From assembly GCA_013239625.1 (NCBI GenBank), contig MU054001.1, positions 1,429,884-1,493,883 of the forward strand: a DNA stretch of 64,000 nucleotides, in the 5' to 3' direction. The first letter of the stretch is position 1; every line of letters starts with the position of its first letter. Of this stretch, positions 51,595 to 62,870 are shown one piece after another. The stretch comes from Lama guanicoe (taxonomy: Eukaryota). The notes under the pieces are model-generated. The model worked only from the letters and a program-made list of their open reading frames with translations. It was not told the DNA's origin and made no database searches. Made by a program: the position numbers and the translations under genes.

Positions 51595-52940
51595 ATACAG
51601 TAATGAGCAAAAAGCAAAGTCACTGTCTCCTGGAGTTCACACTCTAATAGAGGAAGAGAGACAAAAAGCAAACAAGAAAATATATAGTAAATGAGATGAT
51701 GGTATGGGACATCGAGAAAAATAACACGGGGTAAAGGGAACAGAGAAGGCCAGCAGGCAATGGGTAATTTTAGGTATTTTAGGGTATTTTAGAGTAATCA
51801 GAGAAAGCCTCCTGAGAAGGTAACGTTTAAATACAGACCTAAAGGGTGTAAGGGAACCTGCCATGCAGATATCTAGGGGAAGAAAGTTCTAAAAGAGAGC
51901 AGCAAGTACAAAGGCCCTGAGGCAGAAAGCAGTTGCCTTGTCTGACAACAGAATGGGAAGAGGACAGATCAGACAGAAAGTCAGAAGGGTTTCACTCTTG
52001 GTTTGTTTTATTTTTTTAAATAGCAGCTTCATTGAGATATAATTCACATACCATATAATTTGCCCCTTTAGAGTTTACAATTCAGAATGTATATGTACAG
52101 ACTTATGCAATCATCTCCATAACTTAATTTCAGAACATTGTCATTACACCAAAGAGAAAAACCCTGTCCCCATTAGCAGTCATTTCTCATTCCTCATTCC
52201 TCCCACTCCCCAGCTCCTGGCAACCACTAATCTACTTTCTGTCTCTATGGATTTGCTTATTCTGGATATGAAATCCTATCATATGTGACCTTTCATCACT
52301 GGTTTCTTTTATTTAGCATAACGTCTTCAAAATTCACCCATGTTGCAGAATGTATCAGTATGTTATCCTTTTTACTGCCAAATACTCCACTGTGTGGATA
52401 CAACACATTTTGATTATCCATTCATCGTTGGATGGACATATGGGTTGTTTCCACTTTTTGGCTGTTATGGATAATGCTGCTATGAACTTTCATGTGCAAG
52501 TTTTGTATGGGCATATGTCTTCATTTCTCTTGGGTAAGTAACTAGGGGTGGAATTGTTCGATTAGATAGTAACTATAATGTTATGAGGAACCATTAGAAG
52601 GACTGAGCAAAACAGTGATAGGATGTGAACTTTTTTTTTTTTTAAATATCTGCTTCGGCTGCTGCCCATAGAGAGAGGCAAGGAAAGACACAGGGAGACT
52701 AGTTAGGAAGATATGGCAGTGATCCAGGGGAGAGATGCCAGTAGCTTGGAGAAGACTGGCAAAAGGAGGGGTTGTGAGAAGTGGTTGGATTCTAAATACA
52801 TTTTGAAGATAGAGATGACAGTTTGCTAACAGATAAGATGTGGAATGTGAAAAGAAGAGTCAAGGATGTCTCTGAGATTTCTGGCCTGATCCAGGATGGA
52901 AGTGCCCTGTACTAAAGTGGAGATGACTGTGGAAGGAAGA
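51595..52940 (-). mobile_element. L2 split by an L1MB insertion
   Basis: tcagagaaagcctcctgagaaggtaacg...gcaagtacaaaggccctgaggcag; resumes near 52590 with gggagactagttaggaag...gagaagtggttggattctaaatacattttgaag. Confidence 0.75.
52013..52591 (-). mobile_element. L1MB-like 3' end
   Basis: cagcttcattgagatataattcacatacc...ctggcaaccactaatctactttctgtctctatggatttgc...ggttgtttccactttttggctgttatggataatgctgctatgaac. Confidence 0.88.
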
Positions 52941-54034
52941 ATGAATATGAGTTCCCTCCTCATTCCCTTCCAGCTCTGGAGTTCCCCCCACACTCCACTC
53001 TCAGGGGGTCCCTGCAAGGCCTGATCAGAATCAACAGCCCTATTTCTTATTTTGCCTATCTCCTTCAAGATACCATAGCCCCAACCTACATCAAAGGTCC
53101 AGAGCTGTTCTGGACATTCTGCTTTTGTAATCAACAAATCAAATGCCAACTGACAGAACTGAGCAAAAAACCCAAAAGAAACAAAAGCTAATAGAATGCA
53201 ATCACCCTTGACAAGATCTATCATGAGAAGCGGTTTTTGAAACTCTATCTCCTGAATGCCCATTCAAAAGTGCCTCACTTGAGAAGAACAGGAAAATTCA
53301 GGAAGAGGAAGCCATGGTCCAAGAGGCCAGGGATAACTCAAAAGGAAGACCAGTCCAACTCTTGCCTTCAAACATGGCAGGAGAAAAGAGAGGGCACTCT
53401 TCCTCTCTGGCATCTCCACGACCAAAAACCTGGGTCATGAAATGCAGGGAAATTTATGTTCTTCGATATCATACCAGCAAATACTTAATTAGAAACGAAG
53501 AGGGGAGACGAGGGAAAAAGAGCTGGAGGGAGAAAGCACGAGTTCAGAATGTGTCTAGTCATCCCCATCACACATCTTTTCAAAGCAACCAAAATGTGTC
53601 TACAGGCACTAAGACTCAACAACAGAATCATGGAAGCCATGGTCACTGCTACTTCTGAAGGCCCCACACAACATCGAAGTAAACATATTAAGTTGTGTCA
53701 CATTAAAGTTTCTTTGCAATAGAAAACGACAAGTGGATTTTTGGCATTTTCCGTTTGAATTTATTGGATTTTGAGAAGCTCATTTATGATTGACTATAAT
53801 TTCTCATTGGGTGTACTTGGGAATTCTTGAGCAATCAGAAAACCCAACCTATAAATTAATTTCAAATCTAATAATATTTGACGAATACTAAAAAGTAACA
53901 ACTTACAGAGCTGAAATAAGACTACATTTTCTAAATACTGAACTAAACATTGATTCATTTCAATTCTGTCATATAATGTTTGGAATCTGGAGTCAACACA
54001 TTATTGTCAAGTCTTGTACCTTCTTATAGACCCC

Positions 54035-54354
54035 TGAAAACCTCTGGGGCCAAGACTGGGAGATGCTGAGTTCTGGCGAATGGACTGTGAGCAGAAGCGA
54101 TAAGTACCACTTCCAGGTCTGGCCCATACAAAACTCCAAAGCACTTTTCTGCATCTTCTCTTCCGCTTCAGAAGATGGCAGAACCTCCTTCAGTTTGCAC
54201 CCCAAAATGAACACATGGAGGAAGCCATCCCACCAGCCTCCTTTCCTACTCATTACTGTTATATAAGCAAGAAATAAATCTGTATTCTGTTCAAGCCACT
54301 ATACAGTATTATGAGACGATTTTTGTTACAGCAGTAACCTACCCAAACTAATAT
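54035..54354 (+). mobile_element. MaLR solo LTR (MLT1J-like)
   Basis: gagttctggcgaatggactgtgagcagaagcgat...ccacttccagg...aagcaagaaataaatc...tcaagccact...tttgttacagcagtaacctacccaaactaatata. Confidence 0.7.
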
Positions 54355-54464
54355 AAATCCACAAGGCTAGACGCATTGCCTATAGTGTCCCACAGGTAAA
54401 TGGCCCTGTTTAGTGATGTATCCTTTCATCTTTTTTATTTGCGCAATTATTAATTCCTAATAAA

Positions 54465-54720
54465 AGTAACAGCTAACACTGGATAATAGTTACTATGCAT
54501 TAGGTTCTGTTCTAAATGCTTTACATAAACTAACTCATTTGATCCTCATAACAACCTTCGTGGTAGTTACTGCAATTATCCTCACTTGACAGATAATGAA
54601 ACTGAGGTCAGAAGAAATTAAATAACATGCCCAAGGTTACACAACTAGTAAGTGGCAGAGCCAGCACTCAAGCCCAACTTGCAAGGAAGTAGCATCCATG
54701 CCCTTAGTCAGAATGCTATA
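54465..54720 (-). mobile_element. MIR SINE
   Basis: aactcatttgatcctcataacaacc...gacagataatgaaactgaggtcag...ccaaggttacacaactagtaagtggcagagcc. Confidence 0.88.
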
Positions 54721-56699
54721 AACATGAAGAAAGAGGTAAAAACTTGAATTCCAACATAGTTTGATTTTCTTCTCTAGATGCACAACAAGGCAAGATAAAT
54801 GGACATAACAAAATATTCAACACGACGTCTCCATGTCTGTCCCATCTGTATGTTCATTATTAACCTTCAAAAGAACTTCAGGTAACTCAGGACAGTTACA
54901 ATTCGCTCTCTCTAAATCCTGACTTTAAAAAGGCATCCACTGCCCATGTGAGCAGATGGGTCCAAAAGTCAGTGGAGTTATATGTTCACTTGCACGAAAA
55001 TGCAAATGTCTCCGAAAGCAGCTAATAAGTAAAGCTGTACTTTTCCAAAGAAGCAAGGATTAACTTCACTGTGGGTTAAATGAGCTGAACATCAGAAAAG
55101 GACATCCAAAATAAACAGTCATGTCCTGGTGGCAGCCAGTGGTGATGGGACCAAATGCACACTTGAGGAGGAATTCCGCATGTGGTTGCGAACGCTTTGC
55201 CGATTCAAAGTAAACAGAGAAACAAGGCAAGTTTTGACAGGGACAAGACATTTGAGATTGTAAAAAAAAGCAGCAGCCTCACCAGCAGGCCACAAGTCTA
55301 GATTAAACACATATTTCGGATGACTCATGAACCACCCTCTAAATGACTCCGTACTCAGGAGCCAAACAGAGGCCATCTCTCCACTTAGGAAGCTGCCTGT
55401 CCATTCTGCCAAGGTTCTGATACACAGAGTTGCCCCTTTGTGCAACAACCAGAGAATTTAAAAGATGTGCAAGATCCCCTGGGTGCCAGCTAACAGGATA
55501 AGAAAGAATTATCTCACCTTCCACCTCAGAAGGAGCCACAACCCCACATCTCAGTATTGTCTCCCTAAAGGCAGGACTGACCAGGAGCTATGATGCTAAG
55601 TCAAATGGCTTTACCCATGCTGTGTCAAGTACTAAGCTCAAAATGTTAACATTTACTACCTCTCTATATCTGTATCTATATCTAACCTATTGCTGTATCT
55701 ATATCTCTATAAATTGCAAAGAATTTAAAACCTGAGCTCTATCTGGCAGCTAACAAAGAAGGCAGGCAAATATGGAAACAGTCACGATCCATGCAGCGGT
55801 TTTGGTGAGTAACCACGTGAAGGATCCAAGGATGTCAGGTACTTAGAGCATCTTGGAAAAGACATGAGATTGTCTATGACACTGCAAGTGTGGAAGGGAA
55901 TCCTACCTGTTGCAGACATTAGTCAGTCACTGAGCATCTACCTAAATATTGTTCTGTGCGCCTAGGCCTGTACCGGGTACTGTGGGTAACAGAAACGGAC
56001 TTTGCAGCTAACATCTCATCGTAGCAGCTAATGATAACTAATATCAATTGAGCATTCACTATGTGTCAGGCACCATACTAAGTGCCTTAGCCTGTATTAA
56101 CTCACTTAAACCTCAAAGCAACCTCAATTGAACAATTCAGCCAGAATTTCCAGACACAGGAGGAAAATACATGTCTTATTGCAGTAGAGAATCAAAATTT
56201 TTTATATGCAACTGTTATTTTTGGATGACTTCTGGGGATTCTTCATATCCAGTAAACAACTTACCCCTTGTTATTAAATTGTTCAAAATATCCTCAGAAA
56301 CTGACTTGTAAGTAGCATAAAACCCAACCTGTAAACGGAGTGTGTTGAATGCATCACATCACAGTAATCTCATGGAAATTACTTTCCTCAATGCAACACT
56401 AAAATTGAAGAGTCTCATGGGCTTAATAATGCACCTTTAAAAGGGGTACCTTCTCCTGTTTGAAAAAAAAAATCCTTAAAGATAAAGTGAGCCTTGCTCC
56501 AAAGTAGCATTCAAAAAAAAAGAGGAAAGTCAGATTATAGCATTTTAATGGGAAGTTTCACAGCCAAAGATTCAACATGAAATCTACTGATAAGAAAATA
56601 ATTCTAAACAGTGTCAAAATTAGTCTTCACTTTTACTAAGAACAAAAGAGTTCCCATCTTTAAGGTCAGATTAAGGTAAGAGACAGGCTGGATTGAGCC

Positions 56700-57100
56700 A
56701 TCCATCAGGTAAAATAAATGCCTCTGGACAGTGCCTAGACTAAACAGGGCCAAGAATTCCTAAGAAAAACACCACTTGTAACAGCAGAGGTCGGCACGGA
56801 GGCTCGACCCAGTGGAGATGCCCTGTAGCCACAGGTCTGGAAGGCTGCCCTGCAAATTCTCATCAGACACCTAACCAATATCATGTCTGAGAACCTGAAC
56901 TGCTACTCTGAAATTAGTATTACCTTTATTTTAAGTAGCAGGAGGAACAATGAGATTATCTTGTTCCTTACAAGTCTGTTATGGAAAATCTGGTTCACAA
57001 TGTGTGTCATCTTCTGTTTTTGCCTGGGAGGAATGCATTTGGAGACTTGGAGACTGTCCGGCACCACAACCCAGAGACAGGAAAGGTGAGGACAGCCAGG
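56700..57100. promoter_or_regulatory. Orthologue of the rs1421085 enhancer element (ARID5B/CUX1 site; IRX3/IRX5 regulation in human)
   Basis: AAATTCTCATCAGACACCTAACCAAT[A 56880]TCATGTCTGAGAACCTGAACTGCTA matches the reverse complement of the recalled human rs1421085 flank. It is about 38 kb from exon 2 and lies in sequence with no recognisable repeat. Boundaries approximate; function here is inferred. Confidence 0.85.
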
Positions 57101-57239
57101 GCCTCAAAATTCATCACAACCTAAGGAAGAACAAGGATTCACGACGAGAGGCGTTCCAAGGTGTAAACTCTGTGCTGTTGACTCTCAAAATTTCTAAATC
57201 CAGCCCTGACCTCCTGATTCTCCCCACAGTAAGTGATGG

Positions 57240-58010
57240 CCCCCAATGAGTCAACATCCAAAGGAGAACACCAGATTTCATACCCACGACGGCCTCTTCC
57301 CCAGTCTTCTGATCTCAGTAAATGGTCACGATCCAGTCCATCAAGCTACAAAGGTGGAATTTATCCCTGATTTCTCTTTGCTTCCCAAACTCTTTCAAAT
57401 CCTGTTGGCTTTGCCTCTAAAATGTATTCCAAACCCTTCCTGCTCTTCTCCACCTCCATAATCACTACCTGGGCCAAGCTATCAGCTGAGTTCTCCCGCT
57501 GATCCTTCTCCAGTATCCCCCACATGGCAGCCAGAGCGATCCTTACAAAATGCAGAGCAAACGCGGCCACGCCGCACACTCACGCTCTCCATCGTCAAAC
57601 CCACCAGTGGGTTCCCATCAGGCTTGGCATAAAACTCAAATCTTTACCACAGCCTAGAGGCCTCATTCCTTCTCCCTTTTGTCTCTGTCTCCTTAAGGTC
57701 TGGCCACTGAGCTTCTGAGTTCCGCCTACTTGGCTCAGTCACATCCCCATGGCTAGAAATGAAAACCCTCCTTATCCTTAAATCTCACATCAAAAGCCAC
57801 CACTCTCTCCACAGCAGGCCCCTCCCATCAGTCACTGAACCATACTAGCCACCTCTTAAATATGGTCTTATTTATTATCATCTTAAATATTGTTTACTGC
57901 CTTTCTTCCTCTAACAGAATGTTAACCTCCACAAGAGGAGGGGCTTGGTTCTGCCTGGCACCCCTGAACCCCTCAGAGTACAGTACAGCACTGAGCATAT
58001 ATGGTCAGAG
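57240..58010 (+). mobile_element. L2 fragment
   Basis: ttctgatctcagtaaatgg...aaatcctgttggctttgcctctaaaatgtattcc...cacatggcagccagagcgatcctt...aatgttaacctccacaagagg. Confidence 0.7.
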
Positions 58011-58419
58011 ACAGAATTTAAGAACAGATAGACCTCTGACTGGCCCTACGTCGGATCAGACATTTCGAACATCTTGTGTTTGAAAGAGTGAGAAGTTCAA
58101 GAAGCGAGAAGAAGAAATAAATTCTCAGCTGTGCACATGCTCTCTAGCCCAACTTTGAGCAGCAAATAATGACAGTGGAAGTTCAGATGATCTCCCAAAT
58201 CGCCAATATCACATTGGCCTCTGCAAGCAGTGCATTCAATCCTTCCTTTCCCAATCTGTCCATCACAACACACAAACACACACACAGACGCTTCTCAACA
58301 ATCTCATGTAGTTGCCCTTCTGTCTCATCACTTCTCTCCTCCATCAATCACGAGATTCTAAAAGTCTCACTTTCTAAATAAAACCTTTGTGGTCTAACTG
58401 AAGAGGAAGAGAAAAAGAG

Positions 58420-58620
58420 CTAATATTTGTGGAGTATCTCTCACGTACTACTGTGCTAAATGCTTAGAAGCTTTTTCATTAAGACATAAATTATCTTCAG
58501 CCTCACTTCTGGAGATGGGAAGACTGAGTCTTAGGCCCGTGACTTGCCAGTCAAACAAGTAAGTGGCAGAGGCAGGATTGAAGTCCACATCATGCAAACT
58601 CTAAAGCCCCAATTCTTGCC
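58420..58620 (-). mobile_element. MIR SINE
   Basis: agctaatatttgtggag...gagatgggaagactgag...aagtaagtggcagaggcaggattgaag. Confidence 0.6.
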
Positions 58621-59097
58621 AAGTCATCATTTTAGCAACAAAAATAATGAACATTCCAATATTATCTTACTTCTACTGTTTCCATTTGGGGATTAATACA
58701 CCTTTTCACACACAGATCCTATATCACATTTCACTGATAATCTTGTCATTAGACTACGAACTTTTGTGAATGCAGTGGGTTCCCTCATTACAAACAGTAA
58801 ACCCTCTAAAAGTTCCCTTACTTATGATCTACAGACAAGATATAACAGTTCCAAAGGAGAGTCTCACCAAAGTTTCCCTTCCAACATTACTACTTCCACT
58901 TTATCAGTGACAGAAGTTTGTCAGTCTAGGTTGATGTGATCATGGGGACACATGATTTAGTTTAGCATAGCTCATGACAGACACCAAATTCTGAAAAGCC
59001 AGATGATCCCTTGAAAGGTCAATGTCTGTGGTCAATCTGAGCTTCCTTACTAATACATAATTTGATTCTTTATTACCATTGCTAAAAAGCAAAAGCA

Positions 59098-59223
59098 GGG
59101 GAGGGTAGAGCTCGGTGGTAGAGCACATGCTTAGCATGCATGAGGTCCTGAGTTCAATCCCCAGTATTGCCACTTAAAAATAAATAAATGAATAAACCTA
59201 ATTACCCCTCTTAAAACAACAAC
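59098..59223 (+). mobile_element. Full-length vic-1-type tRNA-derived camelid SINE
   Basis: GGGGAGGGTAGAGCTCGGTGGTAGAG (A box)...GAGTTCAATCCC (B box)...aataaacctaattacccc. Perfect 14-bp TSD AAAAAGCAAAAGCA at 59084-59097 and 59224-59237. Confidence 0.9.
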
Positions 59224-61189
59224 AAAAAGCAAAAGCAAAAACACTACTTTAAATAGCTCCCAATACAATCAGTGAGGGGTTTTTTTATTACATAAATCAT
59301 GAGTGAAATTAAATTTAATAAATCAAATTATTTCTTGTCAACTTTTAGTTATCAACAGTAAATATTTTCAATAATACCCATATAATCCCATGAAATTGAA
59401 AAACATTTCTCACTATAAAAAAAATTTACATACAAAATACCACAGAGGGACAAAACAAATTAGTCTGGCATGTTCATTTTAGCCCTTTTCTATACTGGGA
59501 GATATTTGAAATCTTCTCAATACATCAGCTCAGATAAATATCTTCCAAACCTTTCCTAAGTAATCCAGACACTTCCTCCATTTTATTAATTTTCTCTGTG
59601 GATCAATATTAAATAAATACAACACAAGCCAATTTAAAATAGCACTGCATTAAAAAAATGAGTAAATCACATACTGTGTTTGAAAATAAGAACATATGAG
59701 GCTCGTTGGTTCTTGGCTATTCAAATCTCTATTTTTTACAGATAATAAAATGAGGGCTTTTAAGGCGTATTAAATCGTGAGATATTGATCAAAACTTTAA
59801 GCCTGTGGTGGCAAGAAACCAGGACTTTTTAGTCTCTTTCACGGACTGATTAAAACTTGGCTTTTTGTAAGGTTCTGTTTACAAAAGGAGGCTTCCTTTT
59901 GTGAAAAGCTACTGCAAACAACAATACAGCACCAGATCAATAACTCTTCTCTCCCATCTTTATTTTCTTTTTCCTTCCTTCCTTTCTTTCTCTCTCTTTT
60001 TTTTTTCCTTTCTGTTTTTCTTCTAAGATCATAAGAGTGGTGAGTTGTATGGCATCAGGTTCAACCCCAAATGATAAAAACCCACACATCCTCCTTCCCA
60101 CCCTCGCACACTCTCCGGGTGTAAATATTTCATGGTATTACCATCATTCACCCGATGCTTATATTGTCTGATCAAGCCTCTATTTCTGTCTGTTAGATAC
60201 TCTGGAGGATAGCAGTTTTTCATGTCTGCTGCTCAGTCACATAAAGCCCTTGCTTCTCAAAGGTTCTTCAAAGTTCAATAATTTATTAAACACTGTGCTG
60301 GGGTCGGTAAGCACTCGCAGAAATGCATAACTACGGAATATGTGGAGCTATTAAAAAGTTTCTTTAATTAAAAAGGTGACTTTAGAGAAAATGACAGCAT
60401 TGTTACTTACACCAGAGGGGCATACCCTCAATAGCTGAAGCTACCCCAGGCCAAGAGGCAAGGGCTTACAATGAGCAGAAGTACCTGGTTACAGGTAACA
60501 GTCATTACACAAACACACTGTGAAACAGACTACTAACAGAAGTCTAAAATCAGAACTCAAGTCCCAGATTTCCACTTCTGCAGTATAATGACTAGTCGGG
60601 GTCTCCATTTCTCCTCTTTCTAAATACAACTGAAAATTTGCAATTTCAGTCAAGTCCTTTTGAAGCTGTAGGCCAATGACATTTTTAACTTAATGATACT
60701 AATCTCAAAGTCTACTCATTACACTTATTCTTTCCTACTGATCTCTGAGCACAAAAGTTGAGAAGACACTGAGACAGAATCCCATAAAATTTAGGCAAAA
60801 GCAAGTAATAAAATATTGAGTATATATACTTCGATCAGCAAGTACTGAATTCAAATTTATCAGGAGCCAGAGGGAAAACATAAGCAGGTTTCAACATCGT
60901 CCTGTGCTCACAGGCTACAAAACCTAGTTGGGTGACAAAGGACACACTGAGTACATAGAAGAAGACCCAAATTAGTATAAAATGCATTGCAAAATTGAGT
61001 GGGACTCTTCAAGGACCACCATATTTCAGAGAAGGTAGACCTAAGCGAATCTGAGTGACAGTAGTCAAGGAAGACCTTAAGGAAGGAACAATTTCCTACA
61101 TATTAAATTTTGTTTTCTTGAGTTGATTTCCAAATAAACCTTAGGAAAAGAAACTCTGATACCCAAATGAATGATCAACACACAAATTA

Positions 61190-61755
61190 ACTTCCGGTTA
61201 AACAAGGGCAGATACAAACACGCACTTGGCTCTCTCCCAAAACCTCATTAAAACACCTGTAAAGAAATTAAAATGAGTCAAAAAACTAAAACAGTAACAG
61301 CAACAAAAACACACACATAAATCTTCAAGGACAAACAAAATGAGAGAAAAGATAAAAGCAGAAAGATGTCAACCCCACATACTGGAAGATGAAGAGGGAG
61401 TGTTAACTACTGTAACAGAACAGGAAAAGCTGAAGCCTACTGGCAGGGCAGGGGCTGAGGAAGGAACGGGGAAGACGAATGAGCTGATTCATGCCACCAT
61501 CTCCAGAAAGGCTCAGGAAGTACAGAAACCAGGTACCTCTGGCAGCAAGTGCATTTCACTAGTGGAACTGAAAACAGGAAGCCGGGTTAGAAGTCCACAA
61601 AAAGAGGTTGGACAACACGTCCTTTCTCTCAGTCCCAACCATCAGACAACCAGCATAGCCTTGATCAAGCAAAAGATGGTTTACTGTCTGAAAGCAGGTG
61701 GCCCAGGGAGTTCTGGAGCCTGGAGTTCCCAGGCCAGCTATGAGCAGAAGTGAGT
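61190..61755 (+). mobile_element. HAL1 5' segment
   Basis: acttccggtta...ctctcccaaaacctcattaaaa...gaaaggctcaggaagt...accaggtacctctgg...ctgaaaacaggaag matches the recalled HAL1 5' end. Confidence 0.65.
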
Positions 61756-61759
61756 GCTG

Positions 61760-62870
61760 CAAGTCAGTTCTTAGGACCTTCTCTTTTTCTCCAGGGTCCC
61801 ATAATTTCATGAAGAAGTGCCTTGGTGGGGTCATTTTTCAGCTCTTGTGCTTGGCCTTTTTGATTACAAAACTCATGTCTTTAAAAAAAAAAAACAAAAA
61901 ACTCATGTCTTTTAGATCAAGAAAATCACCTTGTATTATTCCCTTGTGATATTTTGGTTCTTACTCTACAACTCAAAGAGTTAGACATTGGACCACATGG
62001 ACTGATCCTCTAATTTTGCATCTTTCCTAATTTTCCAGTGTTCTGTCTTTGCATTGTACTTTCTGAGTTCTACTTTATTTTCTAATCCTATGGAAATGTT
62101 TATTTTTACTATTGCATTCTTCATTGCCAAGAGCTCTTCCTTGCTCTCTAATGCGCCCCTTTTTCAAACACACAAAAGTAGACAGAACTGTATGACAAGC
62201 CCTCACGTGCTCATTACAAGGCTTCAACGAGTATCAACATTTTGCTAACCTTAACCCGTCCATTGCCTTATCCTGCCTTCTCTTCTGAATGACTTCAAAA
62301 CAAACCTCTGGCATTATATTTCAATTGTAATTCTCTGGTATGTATCTCTAATGCCTAAGGATAACTTTTTTAAAAACTATAATCATAACACATTATCACA
62401 ACTAACAAAATTAACAACAGGAATGTTCCTTTTTATTAACGTCTGGTTCCTGTTTCATGTATGGGATATCTTTCCTCATCTCCTTAAGAATAATAACCAT
62501 TATTTATTTTGAAGTTTTGTCTTCTCCACATTGTCCTATTTCTCTGGGTTCCTTTCCTTCTGTTTTTTGTTTTTTGTGTGTTTTTGTTTTGTTTTGTTTC
62601 ATTGTTTGGTTTTCATTCCCTCATTCTTGTTGGAGGATTCCCCAATGTTTGGTCATCCTTGCCTATCAGTTCATAACTTCAAGTGAGGCAATACAATGAG
62701 ATTGGAAGCTCTATGTGCAGAAACTGAGTTTATCAACTGATGGGCCTCACTGTAGGGTAGTACGATGGAAACCTGGCCTCTTTAGATTTCCCCACAAGTC
62801 AACCTACATATTTTTCCTTTGGGTTGATCAACTTCTTTGAAGAGGAATCCTCACACCTCCTTCTCTGGTT
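61760..62870 (-). mobile_element. HAL1 internal segment, antisense, interrupted by an L1 3' fragment (about 62165-62420)
   Basis: aatttcatgaagaagtgccttggtggggtc; ttagacattggaccacatggactgatcctctaatttt; attggaagctctatgtgc...tgggcctcactgtagggt. Confidence 0.65.

Noticed and set aside
52826..53658. 145-aa and 114-aa ORFs
   Set aside because: Partly L2-derived, no homology recognised and no supporting exon structure.
59098..59170. tRNA gene
   Set aside because: Has A and B boxes but also an AT-rich tail, TSDs and several diverged copies, so it is a SINE.
61340..61753. 137-aa ORF
   Set aside because: Falls in HAL1 5' sequence; purine-rich chance ORF with no recognisable domain.
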